Positions 35,245-37,482 of a stretch of DNA of 37,482 nt are shown one piece after another. A model generated the notes under the pieces. It was not told where the DNA came from and made no database searches. It saw only the letters and a program-made list of their open reading frames with translations. How positions within the stretch are numbered: the stretch's first letter is position 1; each line of letters starts with the position of its first letter. The stretch is taken from positions 1 through 37,482 of the forward strand of contig NW_021835897.1 of the NCBI RefSeq assembly GCF_006345805.1, given 5' to 3'. The DNA is from Octopus sinensis. Taxonomy: Eukaryota. A program made the translations under genes and the position numbers.

Positions 35245-35844
35245 CACACAGGCATGCAGGAAGTAAATAGACACCCTTAATTTTCAAAATTTCTGATCTA
35301 AGCGTCTTAATATGTTTTCAGCGGTGTAGAATTTACAATGTAATTATTCTTTTTCATTCCCTGTGCCATTATATTAAACATTTGCGAAGAGCAACCATGC
35401 CACGCACAAAAAATTCAGCAGAACTGTCGGATTTTCAAAGAAGTCGTATTGTTGGGCAATCTGAGGCTGGTCTTAGCCAGCGAAAAATTGCCGAAAACCT
35501 TCAAATTCTTCTTGCTACTATTAATAGAATTATAGTGCAATTCAAAAGCCAAGGAAAAAATCAACAGATTCTCGTCCCGGTCAACCTGCGCCCTCAGAAA
35601 GGAAGCTTCGCTGTTTGAAGAGAATTGTAGAAAACGAACTCCGTTCGAAGGCTTCTGACATTGCAAAACAGATAGAAATTAGTCCAAGAGCGTGAGTTTC
35701 TGCATTAAAAACTGCAAAGGGAACCTCAACTAAATACTAAAGTATATAGTCCTACCAATAGATTACATTTCAATTGTTCACTTTGTGTATTAAATAAAAG
35801 ATTTTGAAAATTAAAGGTGTCCATTTACTTCCTGCATATCTGCG
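35245..35844 (+). mobile_element. Internally deleted Tc1-like DNA transposon (600 bp) nested in the RLE element
   Basis: ~45-bp imperfect TIRs (cacaggcatgcaggaagtaaatagacacccttaattttcaaaat / attttgaaaattaaaggtgtccatttacttcctgcatatctgcg) with TA on both sides. Confidence 0.9.
35397..35696 (+). pseudogene. Tc1 transposase N-terminal paired-like HTH fragment
   Basis: [43 protein letters not shown], frameshift in an A run, then [26 protein letters not shown]; no DDE domain. Confidence 0.85.
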
Positions 35845-36528
35845 TATACCATACAAGTGCAACGGACCTCTGCAAAATGATTCACATTGTTAGTGCTTGT
35901 GAAAGTTTTGCGCAGAAAGAGTACAAACGTAGACACGACAAGATAGCCCCAAACCTCCTGTGGCTGCTATGCCGCAAGGATATGAGGTTATGGGTGCTTG
36001 GTACCAACATATACCGGAAAAGGTAATAGACGAAAAGAGGAAGGCAAAAATTCTCTGGGACTTCTATTTCCTAACAGACAAAGTGTTAGAGCACCGAAGG
36101 CCAGATTTAGTAACCTTTAGGAGGGACAAACAAGAATGCCTAATAATTGATATGGTAGCGCCATGAGATCAACATATCCTCATGAAAAAAGGGAAGAGGC
36201 TGATAAATATGGAGACCTGAGAATTGAGATCGTCAAGATGTGGCAGCTCCGAGAGTGAAACATAAAGGTTATCCCTATTGTGATCGGAGCATTGGGTTCA
36301 ATACTACCCAATCTAAAAAAGACAAAACAAAAAACATCTGAAAACTTTGGAGATACTCTACAATCTGGGTGTATTTCAAAAGTCGGCATTACTTGGAATT
36401 GCACACATATTGCGTAAAGTACTGTCTGTCTGAGGTCCTTGTTTTGACTTGACAAACAGTACAAATCCCTGGTAGATATAATATCTTCAATCAACAACCT
36501 CACAATATTGTATATTGTGCAACGTCTA

Positions 36529-36535
36529 TAATAAC

Positions 36536-36578
<43 letters not shown>

Positions 36579-36643
36579 TAATAATATAATAAACAATAAA
36601 ATAATAATAATAATAATATAATAATAATAATATAATAATAATA

Positions 36644-36678
<35 letters not shown>

Positions 36679-36715
36679 TGATGATGATGATGATGATAAT
36701 AATAATAATAAAACA
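36529..36715. repeat. (TAA)n/(TGA)n tract at the 3' end of the RLE element
   Basis: Direct reading. Confidence 0.96.
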
Positions 36716-36817
36716 ATATCAGAACAGCAAGGTTGTTACTCTTTTGGTTATGTATAATATGCCTGTCTCTGTTAGGAGTGACTTGGGTTTAGACAGAAAC
36801 CGAAAGAATCCTGTCGT

Positions 36818-37115
36818 GTATGCATACATACATACATACATACATACATACATACATACATACATACACACATACATACATACATACATACATACATACA
36901 TACATACAAACGTACATATATACATACATACGTACATATATACATACATTCGTTCATACATGCATGCATACATACATACATACGTACGAACGTACGTATG
37001 TATGTATGTATGTATGCATATTAACATACGCATGTACGTATGTATGTATGTATGCATATTAACATACGCATGCATGTATGTATGTGTATGTATGTATGTA
37101 TGTGTATGTATGTAG
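36818..37115. repeat. (TACA)n switching to (TATG)n
   Basis: Direct reading; strand switch at 36988-36991. Confidence 0.95.
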
Positions 37116-37274
37116 TATGTATACTGTATATTGAGGGTGAGCATATCAGTAAATTAATTATCTTCAATTAACTTTCGTTGTTTGCATCTAATTATTTATA
37201 GCTAATTAAATAGATATTTAGATTATTATTACTATAAATATATTTTATATAAAATGAAATATTGAAAAAGCTAA

Positions 37275-37482
37275 GGCGTGGCTGTCGGGTAAGAAGTTTG
37301 CTTTCCAACCACAAGGTTCCGAGTTCAGTCCAACGGCGTGGCACTTTAGGCGAATGACTTTTATTATTGCCTCGGACCAGCCAAAGCCTTGTGAGTGGAT
37401 TTGGTAGACGGAAACTGAAAGAAGCCTGTTGTATATGTATATATATCTAAGTGAGCGTGTCTCTGTCTCTGTATTTGTCTCC
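37275..37482 (+). mobile_element. tRNA-derived SINE family A, runs off the window
   Basis: ggcgtggctgtcgggtaagaag..gagttcagtcc..gtagacggaaactgaaagaagcc; homologous to 18239-18540. Confidence 0.9.

Larger units (their letters stand above)
34545..36528 (+). mobile_element. 5'-truncated R4/Dong-like RLE non-LTR retrotransposon, decayed and interrupted
   Basis: KYFGIL..EYFKRLKLLLRSKLN..AINKW..RY..LHP..RLY..GRGL; LHGQF; ESLIIAAQDQALNT; CCHC remnant HIVSAC; EYKRRHD; KILWDF..TDK..RPDL..CLIID; KY..L; IPIVIGALG; stop 36431-36433; short 3' UTR then (TAA)n. Confidence 0.9.

Overview
Eukaryotic, AT-rich, microsatellite-saturated non-coding DNA. The SINE families and TA/CA/TACA/trinucleotide density suggest a coleoid cephalopod, probably Octopus (inference, not proven). 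No host gene can be called confidently; nearly all listed ORFs are microsatellite translations. Clear content: (1) a full-length ~3.96 kb RTE-clade (BovB-like) LINE on the minus strand (7102-11066) with APE and RT domains, a C-terminal Zn finger and a perfect 14-bp TSD, broken only by small indels; (2) a 5'-truncated R4/Dong-like RLE retrotransposon ending in (TAA)n and interrupted by a 600-bp Tc1-like element; (3) two mariner relics, a LINE RT relic, a Tc2/pogo-type MITE and many tRNA-derived SINEs of at least three families. Less explained: at least eight foldback/inverted-repeat structures, mostly next to (TA)n; a TA-anchored repeat family carrying a minimal-hammerhead-like motif typical of Penelope-like termini; a possible pseudoknot ribozyme at the RTE 5' end; a homeodomain/GATA/Pbx-Meis site-rich island (27.5-27.9 kb); an X-box plus CRE module (17.0 kb); and two short protein-like segments (chromodomain-like, cadherin-like).
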